DNA from: Candidatus Woesearchaeota archaeon
GTDB lineage: Archaea; Nanobdellota; Nanobdellia; Woesearchaeales; JAZDKJ01
DNA: 64,000 nucleotides
Direction: 5' to 3'
NCBI GenBank assembly: GCA_043803105.1
Contig: JAZDKJ010000013.1
Coordinates: forward strand, 1 to 64,000
Of this stretch, positions 9,397-17,718 are shown in pieces. Each line of letters begins with the position of its first letter. Position 1 is the first letter of the stretch. The position numbers were made by a program, and so were the translations under genes. Under the pieces are notes generated by a model that saw only the letters and a program-made list of their open reading frames with translations, made no database searches and was not told where the DNA came from.

Positions 9397-10220
9397 TTTC
9401 TCAAAAAGGATATCCTAGAATAGCAATCGTCAGGATTCTGCACTATGTTGCAGACAGAAGCATCGTTAATGAATTCAGCAAGATTAAGAGCACACAACAG
9501 CTTATCAGGCTCATCCACATCCTGGCAGTACTCGACGCTCTCTGTGGCAACACCCAGGCAGGCCTGCTTCTTGCTATAGGTGATAATCTTCGCGCACGCT
9601 TCCTGGTCCTGCTTATTCATGCCATAATCCTCAAGGCATGAGTCCTTGAATGGCTGAGGTAAGGATTCACAAAATGAAGGATCAGCAAATAACAGGGCCT
9701 TGCACTTTGTTCGCTTGTAGTTCACATTAATATTGTCACAAAGGGAGGGGTCTTGCTTCAAAACTGCCAAACAAAGATATTGGTCAGAAATCTGCGGGCC
9801 AAGACATTGGGCAAGGTCTTTTTGCGACCGGACCATTTCACAAATCCTAAAATCTGTGGACTCGCAGCCTGCTGTATCGAAGGGCTTGCATTCGCAGACT
9901 GGCTCAAGGCTTTGCTGCGAAGCCCCATCAGGCACTGCTGAGGATACAAGTTTACTGGATTGAGGCTTGATTATGCCTATTGTGTATACGGATTGCTTGC
10001 CCTTGATTGTCATTGTAGCGATGCAATCACATGGTTCATTATTCTCGTTTATTATGGAAAAAGACATGATATCATCACCAGAGACTTCGGAAAAGGTGAG
10101 ATTAGCAATAAAGGGTTTCTTGTCAGAGACTCCAAGCTGAAAGCCAACAGCAACAACAATAATCAAGAGTGCGAGTATTCCTAAAAGGAAAACGAGGTCG
10201 TTGTTTGTTTTGTGTTTCAC
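9393..10220 (-). CDS. Membrane-anchored protein with tandem two-Cys repeats
   Basis: N-terminal TM helix, a beta-rich segment, then about 6 repeats like D.S.C..I.....K..C. Confidence 0.75.
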   Translation of the reverse strand: MKHKTNNDLVFLLGILALLIIVVAVGFQLGVSDKKPFIANLTFSEVSGDDIMSFSIINENNEPCDCIATMTIKGKQSVYTIGIIKPQSSKLVSSAVPDGASQQSLEPVCECKPFDTAGCESTDFRICEMVRSQKDLAQCLGPQISDQYLCLAVLKQDPSLCDNINVNYKRTKCKALLFADPSFCESLPQPFKDSCLEDYGMNKQDQEACAKIITYSKKQACLGVATESVEYCQDVDEPDKLLCALNLAEFINDASVCNIVQNPDDCYSRISFLRN

Positions 10221-10249
10221 CTTAGGACACTTAAACAGAAGGATAGCTT

Positions 10250-11821
10250 TTAAATTTTTTGGTCAAACTTGGATAACCATTGATTTTCGCAATCTGAGAG
10301 AAGCATTCTAGTTAGTTCTCGAAACTTCTGGTCAAAACATTCCCTTCCAGCAAAGAGCAATTCCTTGACTGTTTCTATACCAAAAGAATTAACCAAATAG
10401 GACACAAAGCTGTGAGACTGCTGGTAACAAATGTTTTTGTCAATCGGGTCTTTGTCCAAGGCAAGCAAACTGCCAGGGCTTGACAGGTCATTGAAAGGAA
10501 TTTGCTTCTTTGATTTCAACAGTTTTCTTAGCTGCTCGGTATTGTCTGGCCGTGAAGCAAACTCGCAAAATCCTTCGGCAAGCCAATCAGGAGAATCTGG
10601 CAGAAAAAGGTGGCATAATTCGTGAACAAGGTCTTTATCATTCAAGCCATATTGGAAGTAAACCTTTCTTGACACGGGAAACCCGTTAACCCAGGAAGGA
10701 AAATCAGACCTTCCGGAATAGCGCAAGAGGTCCTCCCTATTATCGAACAGATAAACTATAACCTTTTTATCTGAACCAAAAATTTGTCTGAGGTGAGTTG
10801 AGGCAGAATCAACAGACTTCTGGAAAATCCTGGACTGCTCTGCAGGGTACTGAGAATGAATTATTGAATTTGCAGAGCTTAGTGTGAGGAAAGGCTTGCA
10901 TTTGTAGCCCAAACAGGCACCCTGACAGTTCTTCCTTGCAAAATAAATGCAATTATTGCATTTTTCGTATAGGGGAACCTTCCATTTCATGTAGTTGATT
11001 GTATCTTCATAAAAGCCCCTGAACTCTTGAAGGTCCTTAAAAGAGGTTATTCTTCTACCCCTAAAAAAAATTGAGAGGCATGGAAAGGTTGTGAGATCCG
11101 GATTAACAGTCACAATGCTGCAGCCAGTACCGCAACTGAAATAGGTATCAAGCAAATCAAGATCATCAAAACTAAAGGAACAGCGTGGCATGGGACGTGA
11201 GATGCGGTTCTTTATGCCCAACTTTTTCAAGTTTGAAACAAAATCAAGCACTATAGCTTTCTTATTATCATAGCTTTTAGCTTCTACAAATGAATTTGAT
11301 TGCAAGGCGTTTGGGACTATGAAGTCGATGTTAACTGCGTTTACTGCAATTTTCCTGCAAAGGCTAAGCACATGCTCAAAACCGGCTAGGTCGCTTGTTA
11401 TATTTACCTGCAAATTGATTTTTACCTTAGCTTTTGCTAATGCTTCGAGATTTTCGTGCAATAGATCATACTCTTCGGCAGTATAATGCCCTCTTGGATT
11501 GTAATTAATCAGGAATGATTCGGCAGAAGAGAATTCTTTAATTAAGGCTGAAGGAAAGAGTCCATTCGAAAGAATAGTGAACTTAAAACCTCTTTGGTTT
11601 GCAAGGGAAATAAAATCCTTTATCAATGGATGGAGTGTTGGCTCGCCTCCAGTAAAATTGAATGATTTTATGTGATTATTCTCAAGCCAATCGAGAAGCT
11701 CCTTGTACATTTGCATATCCATATCATCAAATTCATACTTCAAGTTGTTAGCGTAACAATAGGCACAAGACTTATTGCAGGAATAGGTTATGGCAACCTG
11801 AAAAAGCTTCAAAGGGATCAT
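10250..11821 (-). CDS. Radical SAM/SPASM protein fused to a C-terminal zincin (peptidase MA-like) domain
   Basis: CNKSCAYC, TGGEP and SPASM Cys (CGTGC...FPC...CNNC...CQGAC), then HELCH...WLAEGFCEF...YQQS. Confidence 0.85.
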   Translation of the reverse strand: MIPLKLFQVAITYSCNKSCAYCYANNLKYEFDDMDMQMYKELLDWLENNHIKSFNFTGGEPTLHPLIKDFISLANQRGFKFTILSNGLFPSALIKEFSSAESFLINYNPRGHYTAEEYDLLHENLEALAKAKVKINLQVNITSDLAGFEHVLSLCRKIAVNAVNIDFIVPNALQSNSFVEAKSYDNKKAIVLDFVSNLKKLGIKNRISRPMPRCSFSFDDLDLLDTYFSCGTGCSIVTVNPDLTTFPCLSIFFRGRRITSFKDLQEFRGFYEDTINYMKWKVPLYEKCNNCIYFARKNCQGACLGYKCKPFLTLSSANSIIHSQYPAEQSRIFQKSVDSASTHLRQIFGSDKKVIVYLFDNREDLLRYSGRSDFPSWVNGFPVSRKVYFQYGLNDKDLVHELCHLFLPDSPDWLAEGFCEFASRPDNTEQLRKLLKSKKQIPFNDLSSPGSLLALDKDPIDKNICYQQSHSFVSYLVNSFGIETVKELLFAGRECFDQKFRELTRMLLSDCENQWLSKFDQKI

Positions 11822-12846
11822 AAAGAGACACCCGCCAATTTGCTGACAATGCCTTTGGTAAGGTTACATGACTCCTGATAGCCGTTCTCAAGAAGCGTAT
11901 GATACTGAAACTGAGAAATGGCATTGCCAAAACAAGAATCCTTTAGGAAACAGCCAGAGCATGTTCTTTCAAAATATGCATTCATCATACCAAGAAATTG
12001 CTGGTAATCCACAGACCTCATAAGGCCTTGCATATCATGGATGCTAAGGCTTAACCTCCTTGACATGGGAAATGCACTGAAAAAGAAAGTACTATCAGGA
12101 TTAACCACAATGCTTTGCGGACCTGAGAAGGTGACAGATTCGTTTGATGAATACTTGCTCAAGACCCTTGACCAAGGACCAAACAAAGAAACACCATTAT
12201 TGCAAGCATAGGAATGGCAATCAAGGTATTTCGGAAGGACAATGGCAGAATGCTGCATCTTTGACTGGTAAAAATAATCAATGTGGACCCTATCGATGCC
12301 ATAGGTTTTTGCAATGTCTACGATGTCACGCAAATGGCCAAGGTTTTCAGGCATGGCATAAGAGTTTAGCTGAGCCTTAAGCCCGTGATCCTTAATAATC
12401 TGAAGAGCTTTTTTCACTCTTTCAAAGGTGGGATTGCCAAACTTGTCAACCCTGTTCTTGTCATGCACATCAGCATAACCATCACAGCTCAAGTGCACAT
12501 CAACGTTGTGGGCTTTTAAGAAAGCAGCATCGTCGTCTGTTAGGAGGCTGCCGTTTGTGTGAAGCAGCCAGGAAATGCTGATTCCATCATGCAATGCACC
12601 GTACTTCTCAATGAGGCTAAAGACATTTTTCTTGTTGATAAGTATCTCTCCGCCATAGAGCCTAACACCCAATCGCTTTGTGCCATAAGACTTAAGCACA
12701 TCACAATAAGAATTCATTGAGAAATCCATGGTCTCGAAGGACATCTGAGAGCCAGGCACTTGCGTTGAATACACATGGCAATTCTTGCAGGCAAAATTAC
12801 ACAGCCCAGTAACTATAAGGCAGAGCATGAAGAAAACATCAATCAA
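11818..12846 (-). CDS. Radical SAM protein with a reduced SPASM-like tail
   Basis: CNFACKNC, YGGE, TNGSLL, SCDG...HDKNR and C-terminal CSGCFLKDSC. Start codon uncertain. Confidence 0.85.
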   Translation of the reverse strand: MIDVFFMLCLIVTGLCNFACKNCHVYSTQVPGSQMSFETMDFSMNSYCDVLKSYGTKRLGVRLYGGEILINKKNVFSLIEKYGALHDGISISWLLHTNGSLLTDDDAAFLKAHNVDVHLSCDGYADVHDKNRVDKFGNPTFERVKKALQIIKDHGLKAQLNSYAMPENLGHLRDIVDIAKTYGIDRVHIDYFYQSKMQHSAIVLPKYLDCHSYACNNGVSLFGPWSRVLSKYSSNESVTFSGPQSIVVNPDSTFFFSAFPMSRRLSLSIHDMQGLMRSVDYQQFLGMMNAYFERTCSGCFLKDSCFGNAISQFQYHTLLENGYQESCNLTKGIVSKLAGVSL

Positions 12847-12869
12847 GGCTAATATTTTAATTTATGTGA

Positions 12870-13154
12870 TTATTCACCCGAACCTGAACAGGCACCAGCA
12901 CAATCACATGCACTGGGGCTTACGTAGACCTCGGAGCTGTGGTGGGCATGAGTGCCGACAGCAACCCTGCTGAGAGATTGATATTCAACAGTGAGATTAT
13001 TTGCATGGGTAGCAGAGGCCTGCTTGGAAGCAAGAGAGCCACCAATTATCGCAGCAGAGACAAAAGAGCCCAAGGCAAGCATTGACTGCTTGGAGATCTT
13101 GCCCTCCTCAGATAGAAGAAAGCCGGAAATATTCTTTTTGAATTTTGGGAACAT
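12870..13154 (-). CDS. Putative RiPP precursor (HxsA-like) with His-rich and Cys-rich core
   Basis: 94 aa and first gene of the rSAM operon: leader ...FLLSEEGKISK, a hydrophobic helix, then THAN...THAHHSS...SACDCAGACSGSGE. GAGGCG lies upstream. Confidence 0.75.
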   Translation of the reverse strand: MFPKFKKNISGFLLSEEGKISKQSMLALGSFVSAAIIGGSLASKQASATHANNLTVEYQSLSRVAVGTHAHHSSEVYVSPSACDCAGACSGSGE

Positions 13155-13303
13155 ACAACGCCTCTTTTTTAGGATTATGGGAAAGACTGGTATTTAAGTA
13201 TTTCGGCAAGTGAAAATACTACGCAACAAGGATTGGTTGCGCTTAAAGAAGACTTAAGAGATAAAGATAATACTAAAATAGAAATCTTTAAATATTACTT
13301 AAT

Positions 13304-13924
13304 ATGGATAATATAAATATGAACAATACACTATTGATGGAGATTGAGGGACTGCAAACCATCAAGACATTAGCAGATAAGCTCGGAATAAAGAAACAGT
13401 CGGCAATCAATCTAGCCAGCAGGCTAAAGAAAGAAGGCTATCTCACAACAACAGGGGGTGGCAGAAAGATAAGATTTTACAAGATAAGCACAAAAAAGCA
13501 AAGAATAAGGAGTCCAGGAATGTTTGACATCATAAACAAATACAGCCCGATGAAACTAAATCCCTGGTATGATCACCAAGTGCATGGAAAATACGGGCCT
13601 GAAGAGGCATTGGTGGACGCAATAGAAACAAAAAGCTTCAGGGCAATACTTGCAAGCCTTAGGCTTTTTGGCCACATTAAAGACTGGAAACAGCTAAGGA
13701 AGTATGCGATCAAGAAAGGTTGCTGGCAGCAGACGCTGGCGCTGCACGAGCTGGCAATGAAATACTTCAAAATCAGAAAGATACCAAGTCAGTACGTAAA
13801 AGAGGATGCGAGAGATTGGATATCACTAACGCAACTCAGGGAAAGACACAACTTCCCAGAAATAGAGAGGAGATGGCATGTCTATATACCGTTCAATAAT
13901 AGAGATATGGAGGCAATCTCATGA
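13304..13924 (+). CDS. wHTH protein, putative antitoxin partner (AbiEi-like)
   Basis: N-terminal HTH (LADKLGIKKQSAINLASRLKKEGY); ATGA-coupled to a nucleotidyltransferase. Confidence 0.65.
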   Translation: MDNINMNNTLLMEIEGLQTIKTLADKLGIKKQSAINLASRLKKEGYLTTTGGGRKIRFYKISTKKQRIRSPGMFDIINKYSPMKLNPWYDHQVHGKYGPEEALVDAIETKSFRAILASLRLFGHIKDWKQLRKYAIKKGCWQQTLALHELAMKYFKIRKIPSQYVKEDARDWISLTQLRERHNFPEIERRWHVYIPFNNRDMEAIS

Positions 13925-14571
13925 TAACATATGAAGACCAACTGGACGTTTTCAGATTAGTGGTAACTGCGATAAAAACAGACCTAACCTGTTATGGCTT
14001 TGGCGGTACGGCCATGATGTTCTATGGCTACAAGGACGAGACAAAGGATGTTGACCTGTTGTTTGAGGATGATGCATCGAGGAAAGAGTTCATCTCAGCA
14101 ATAAGGACACTTGGCTTTGAGGAGACAAGCCCGATTAAGGTGTATATACCCGAAAAGCTCAGGGACAAGACCAGGCCGCTGATGTTCAAGAAGGATGACT
14201 ACAGGTTTGACCTTTTTACAAAGAAAATCTTTAGGACGCAGATCTCTCCCAGGATGAAAGACGACCTTTATGCAATACATGAGTTCAGGCAAAAGCACAC
14301 ATTAACAATCAATGTGCTAAGAAAAGAGCACTTAGTGCAGCTCAAGGCAATAACTGAACGGGACAAGGACTTTGAAGACATCCTGACCATAATCCGTAAA
14401 GAAAAGAGGTTTGACTGGCAGTACCTAATTGACGAGACAATATGGCAGGATCAGCACGGAGACAGCTGGGCAATACTTGACATGGAAAAGATGATGCAGG
14501 AGCTAAAGAAATACGTATTGATAGAGAAAAAGTACTTCGAACAACTTTATGATGCCAGAAAAAAGGCTTAA
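13921..14571 (+). CDS. Pol-beta-type nucleotidyltransferase (DUF6036/AbiEii-like)
   Basis: GGTAM...TKDVDL...LK...RDKDFED motif set. Confidence 0.8.
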   Translation: MITYEDQLDVFRLVVTAIKTDLTCYGFGGTAMMFYGYKDETKDVDLLFEDDASRKEFISAIRTLGFEETSPIKVYIPEKLRDKTRPLMFKKDDYRFDLFTKKIFRTQISPRMKDDLYAIHEFRQKHTLTINVLRKEHLVQLKAITERDKDFEDILTIIRKEKRFDWQYLIDETIWQDQHGDSWAILDMEKMMQELKKYVLIEKKYFEQLYDARKKA

Positions 14572-14670
14572 ATAGCACGACAGAATGCAAAAGTCGTTTA
14601 TAAACAAAGAATAGAAAAGCTTAAATATTAGTTGTTACTAAGTTGTGGTTACAATATAAGGGTCTGAACC

Positions 14671-16560
14671 ATGGCAAAAGACGAGACTTTAGAGGGAAAG
14701 GTTAATTCTGTAGACCCAGTGCTGAATTATAAAGGCTCGATAATGCGCAGGATAGCTGAAGGAGCACAAGCTATGCCAAAGAAAGTAAAAGCTTTTGCAG
14801 CAGGACTTCTGACAATAGGGATGCTTTACAATATAGCACCAATCAAGGCAAGAGCGCAAGAAACAAAAGAGATAACCTTAGCTTATAACGGAGCTGCACT
14901 ACTTAATGAAAACGGCTGGATAAACAAGCTTGACGACTTCCTGGATACATGCCCGCAAGATGATCCTGCCTTTGAAACAATAAACAATGATTTTATTCTT
15001 ACCCATTCGACAGCAGGAATCCCTACAATCATTAATCCACAAAATGTCTACTGCCAAGCACCTTATTCAAAAATGAATGTTGCAGACGTGACAGAAGAAC
15101 TAATCATACAGCAATCATTAAGAGTAGCATTCTATGCAGGAAAAGGCTCAGGAAGCTTGCTAGAATGGTACACAAACGAGAACATTAACGACACAAGCGC
15201 AGGACCAATATACAAATGGCTCAAAGAACACGTGGGTGGATTTGAGGTAAACGATGGCTCGCAAAATCCAGGACACGGTTATGTTATAAACGGGAAAAAA
15301 CAGTTTGTGGTCTTGCCTAGATTCCAAGATTATGCTAAAGCATTAATGCAGGAGCCAAGAGGCCCGCCAGGTTTGATAGGACTTTTTCTTCACGAGGCCA
15401 GCCACATAATCGGCCAAGGGCATGATGGTACTTGTGGTTATGGAGTTGATTCTGATTTTGATGAAAGCAAGCCAACACCTTTTAGCGCAGACTGGAGGAC
15501 TTATGAATTATTTCTTACTGGCGAATTTAATGTGGGAATCAATTGCATGGACCAAAGCAAAGCTCAGGACACTTTGGCAGGTTTATTGAACGCAGCTAAC
15601 GCGCGAAAAGATGGTTTCTGCGGAATTAAGCCTCCAGTGCTGACAATGCCGGCAAATGCTGGAGGGGCATGCAATGGGCTAGTGACTGGAGAACTGGCTG
15701 ACAGTTTCGGAGACACAATAGAAAACATGACAATACAAGCATACAATGTGCCAGGAGATTTCATCTTTGCAACAACTAACTCAGGAAATGACGGGCTGTT
15801 CAAAATCGCGAGGCTAATCGGGCACTATAACTTGGATGTGAGTTCGGGAGACAAATGCTTCAACAACACAAGCTTTGACATAGGCAGCATAGTAGCAGAA
15901 CAAAACTTTGACCTGGGAACATTAACAATGCAGCATAATGAACTGGCAGCGCCAAATATCACACTAAACGGCAGCTGCGTAGCAGGAAAGCCGTGCAACT
16001 TCGCATTCTCTGACACATTCGGCAACAGCGTGTACTACGACATAGATGCAGGAAACGGAAAAACAACGTTACCAAAAGACCAAAAAAGCGTCACAGTAAG
16101 CTATCCAACACCAGGAACAAAAACCTTAACCGCAGAATACAGCTGCGCACAACACGGAACACTATCAGCAAGCTCAACACTAGAATTCACAGTAAGCCAA
16201 GCAAGCGGACCAGACACAAAAATCGATTTCACAATCGAACCAAGCCAAACCTGCAACAAAAAAGGAAAATGCAAGATAAATGCAACAGCAAGCATACAAA
16301 ACACAGGCGACCAAAAAAGCGGCACGTCAACAATACAATTTTTCACATCACCAAACCCAATACTGGGACCAGAAGCGAAATACCTAACACAAAAAAACGT
16401 GCCAGCACAAAAACCAGGAACAGCCAAAACAATCAACCTATCAACAATACTGCCAGCAGGAACAAACGCAACAGGACAATACGTATACGCAGTAATACAA
16501 ACAACATACGACACAAACCCAGAAAACAACACAGCAAGGTCAACAGAAAAAATAAACTAA
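14671..16560 (+). CDS. Secreted multidomain protein: zincin-like domain, carboxypeptidase-regulatory-like, PKD-like and CARDB-like domains
   Basis: Signal-like segment ending ARA|Q, HEASH motif, T...DGLF, YPTPGTKTLTA and C-terminal DTNPENN. Confidence 0.7.
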   Translation: MAKDETLEGKVNSVDPVLNYKGSIMRRIAEGAQAMPKKVKAFAAGLLTIGMLYNIAPIKARAQETKEITLAYNGAALLNENGWINKLDDFLDTCPQDDPAFETINNDFILTHSTAGIPTIINPQNVYCQAPYSKMNVADVTEELIIQQSLRVAFYAGKGSGSLLEWYTNENINDTSAGPIYKWLKEHVGGFEVNDGSQNPGHGYVINGKKQFVVLPRFQDYAKALMQEPRGPPGLIGLFLHEASHIIGQGHDGTCGYGVDSDFDESKPTPFSADWRTYELFLTGEFNVGINCMDQSKAQDTLAGLLNAANARKDGFCGIKPPVLTMPANAGGACNGLVTGELADSFGDTIENMTIQAYNVPGDFIFATTNSGNDGLFKIARLIGHYNLDVSSGDKCFNNTSFDIGSIVAEQNFDLGTLTMQHNELAAPNITLNGSCVAGKPCNFAFSDTFGNSVYYDIDAGNGKTTLPKDQKSVTVSYPTPGTKTLTAEYSCAQHGTLSASSTLEFTVSQASGPDTKIDFTIEPSQTCNKKGKCKINATASIQNTGDQKSGTSTIQFFTSPNPILGPEAKYLTQKNVPAQKPGTAKTINLSTILPAGTNATGQYVYAVIQTTYDTNPENNTARSTEKIN

Positions 16561-17588
16561 ACCCCGGAACCAATCTTCTCTCGCAAAACTCCCGCTTCTT
16601 CCCTGTCCAAAAGCAAATCAAAACTAAAGTACTTATCAATCGCATCCTTTGCTGCTGTAAAGTCATTCGTGGCATACAAGACCTTAGCCAAAGTAAGATA
16701 ATAGGCTGCTGAGGAATTATCAGACCTCAAAGCATCACCCACAACACTGGAGGCAAAGCTGTAATCTGACATATTCAGATAAACCAAGGCCAAACCATTC
16801 AATGCAGTCGGGTTCATGAAATTGAGCTCAAGGGCCTTCTTGAAGTAATGCAAAGCCTGATTGTTGTCATGCAGATAAAAATAGTCGTAACCCAAACCAG
16901 CAAAGGTCTGATCAGACTGCTCTGAAAGCTTGCTGGAGATGTTAAAATAAGCAATCGATTTTTGGTAATCACCCAACCTGAAAAAAACCCAGCCTAGACC
17001 GCCATAAGCGTCTGCGTTAGGAATAATCTCAATAGAGCGTTCATAAGCAGCGAAGCTCTGCTGGTATTTGCCCTGCATATAATATATGGTTCCCAAATTG
17101 GAGTATATGACTGCAGAATTTGGTGAGAGTTTGGCAGACTTGTTAAGTTCGAGTTCTGCTTGAGCATATTTTTTCTTCTGCAATAGAAGCTTTCCAAGCA
17201 GGTAATGTGCCTCAGCATTATTAGGGTCGATAATTGTTGCATTGGTAAGAGCAAAAACAGCGCTGTTAGGATCGCCGCGGTCAATTGCAGACTTTGCCAA
17301 AAGCACAACATTCTGGCCAGCAGCAACAAGATCTGTTTTCTCACGGCTGAAAGGCTGAATAATAACAGGCCTAATAAGAACCACAACACCGGCGATAAGA
17401 ACAACAGCTATAATAAATACTACAATAGCGTTCTGAAAGTGTTCATCTTTCTTCTTCATATAGTCTAAAAGATGTTCATCAACAACAAAACGGTCATAAC
17501 CGGCCTGCAAGAGCTTAGACCTAATCTGATCAAGGGACTGGCCCTTTGACAACTGCTTCCTAACGTAGCTAAGCAAATCCTTATCCAT
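16557..17588 (-). CDS. Membrane-anchored TPR protein
   Basis: Short N-terminal helical domain (LLSYVRKQLSKG...LLQAGY), one TM helix, then about 7 TPRs (DPNNAEAHYLLG, SAVIYSNLG). Confidence 0.88.
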   Translation of the reverse strand: MDKDLLSYVRKQLSKGQSLDQIRSKLLQAGYDRFVVDEHLLDYMKKKDEHFQNAIVVFIIAVVLIAGVVVLIRPVIIQPFSREKTDLVAAGQNVVLLAKSAIDRGDPNSAVFALTNATIIDPNNAEAHYLLGKLLLQKKKYAQAELELNKSAKLSPNSAVIYSNLGTIYYMQGKYQQSFAAYERSIEIIPNADAYGGLGWVFFRLGDYQKSIAYFNISSKLSEQSDQTFAGLGYDYFYLHDNNQALHYFKKALELNFMNPTALNGLALVYLNMSDYSFASSVVGDALRSDNSSAAYYLTLAKVLYATNDFTAAKDAIDKYFSFDLLLDREEAGVLREKIGSGV

Positions 17589-17718
17589 CCTGAGGCTTTA
17601 GAACTATATATTTGGTTATATAAATTTAACTATTGGCAGTATATGAACGGTTGCCTTAGGCCAAGTGGTGACTGTGAGAGAAATATTTATATATAGATAG
17701 ATTGGGAATGCTATAGTA

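Noticed and set aside
15950-16560. Diversity-generating retroelement template (AAC-rich stretch)
   Set aside because: No reverse transcriptase lies in the window and I saw no second copy differing only at adenines.
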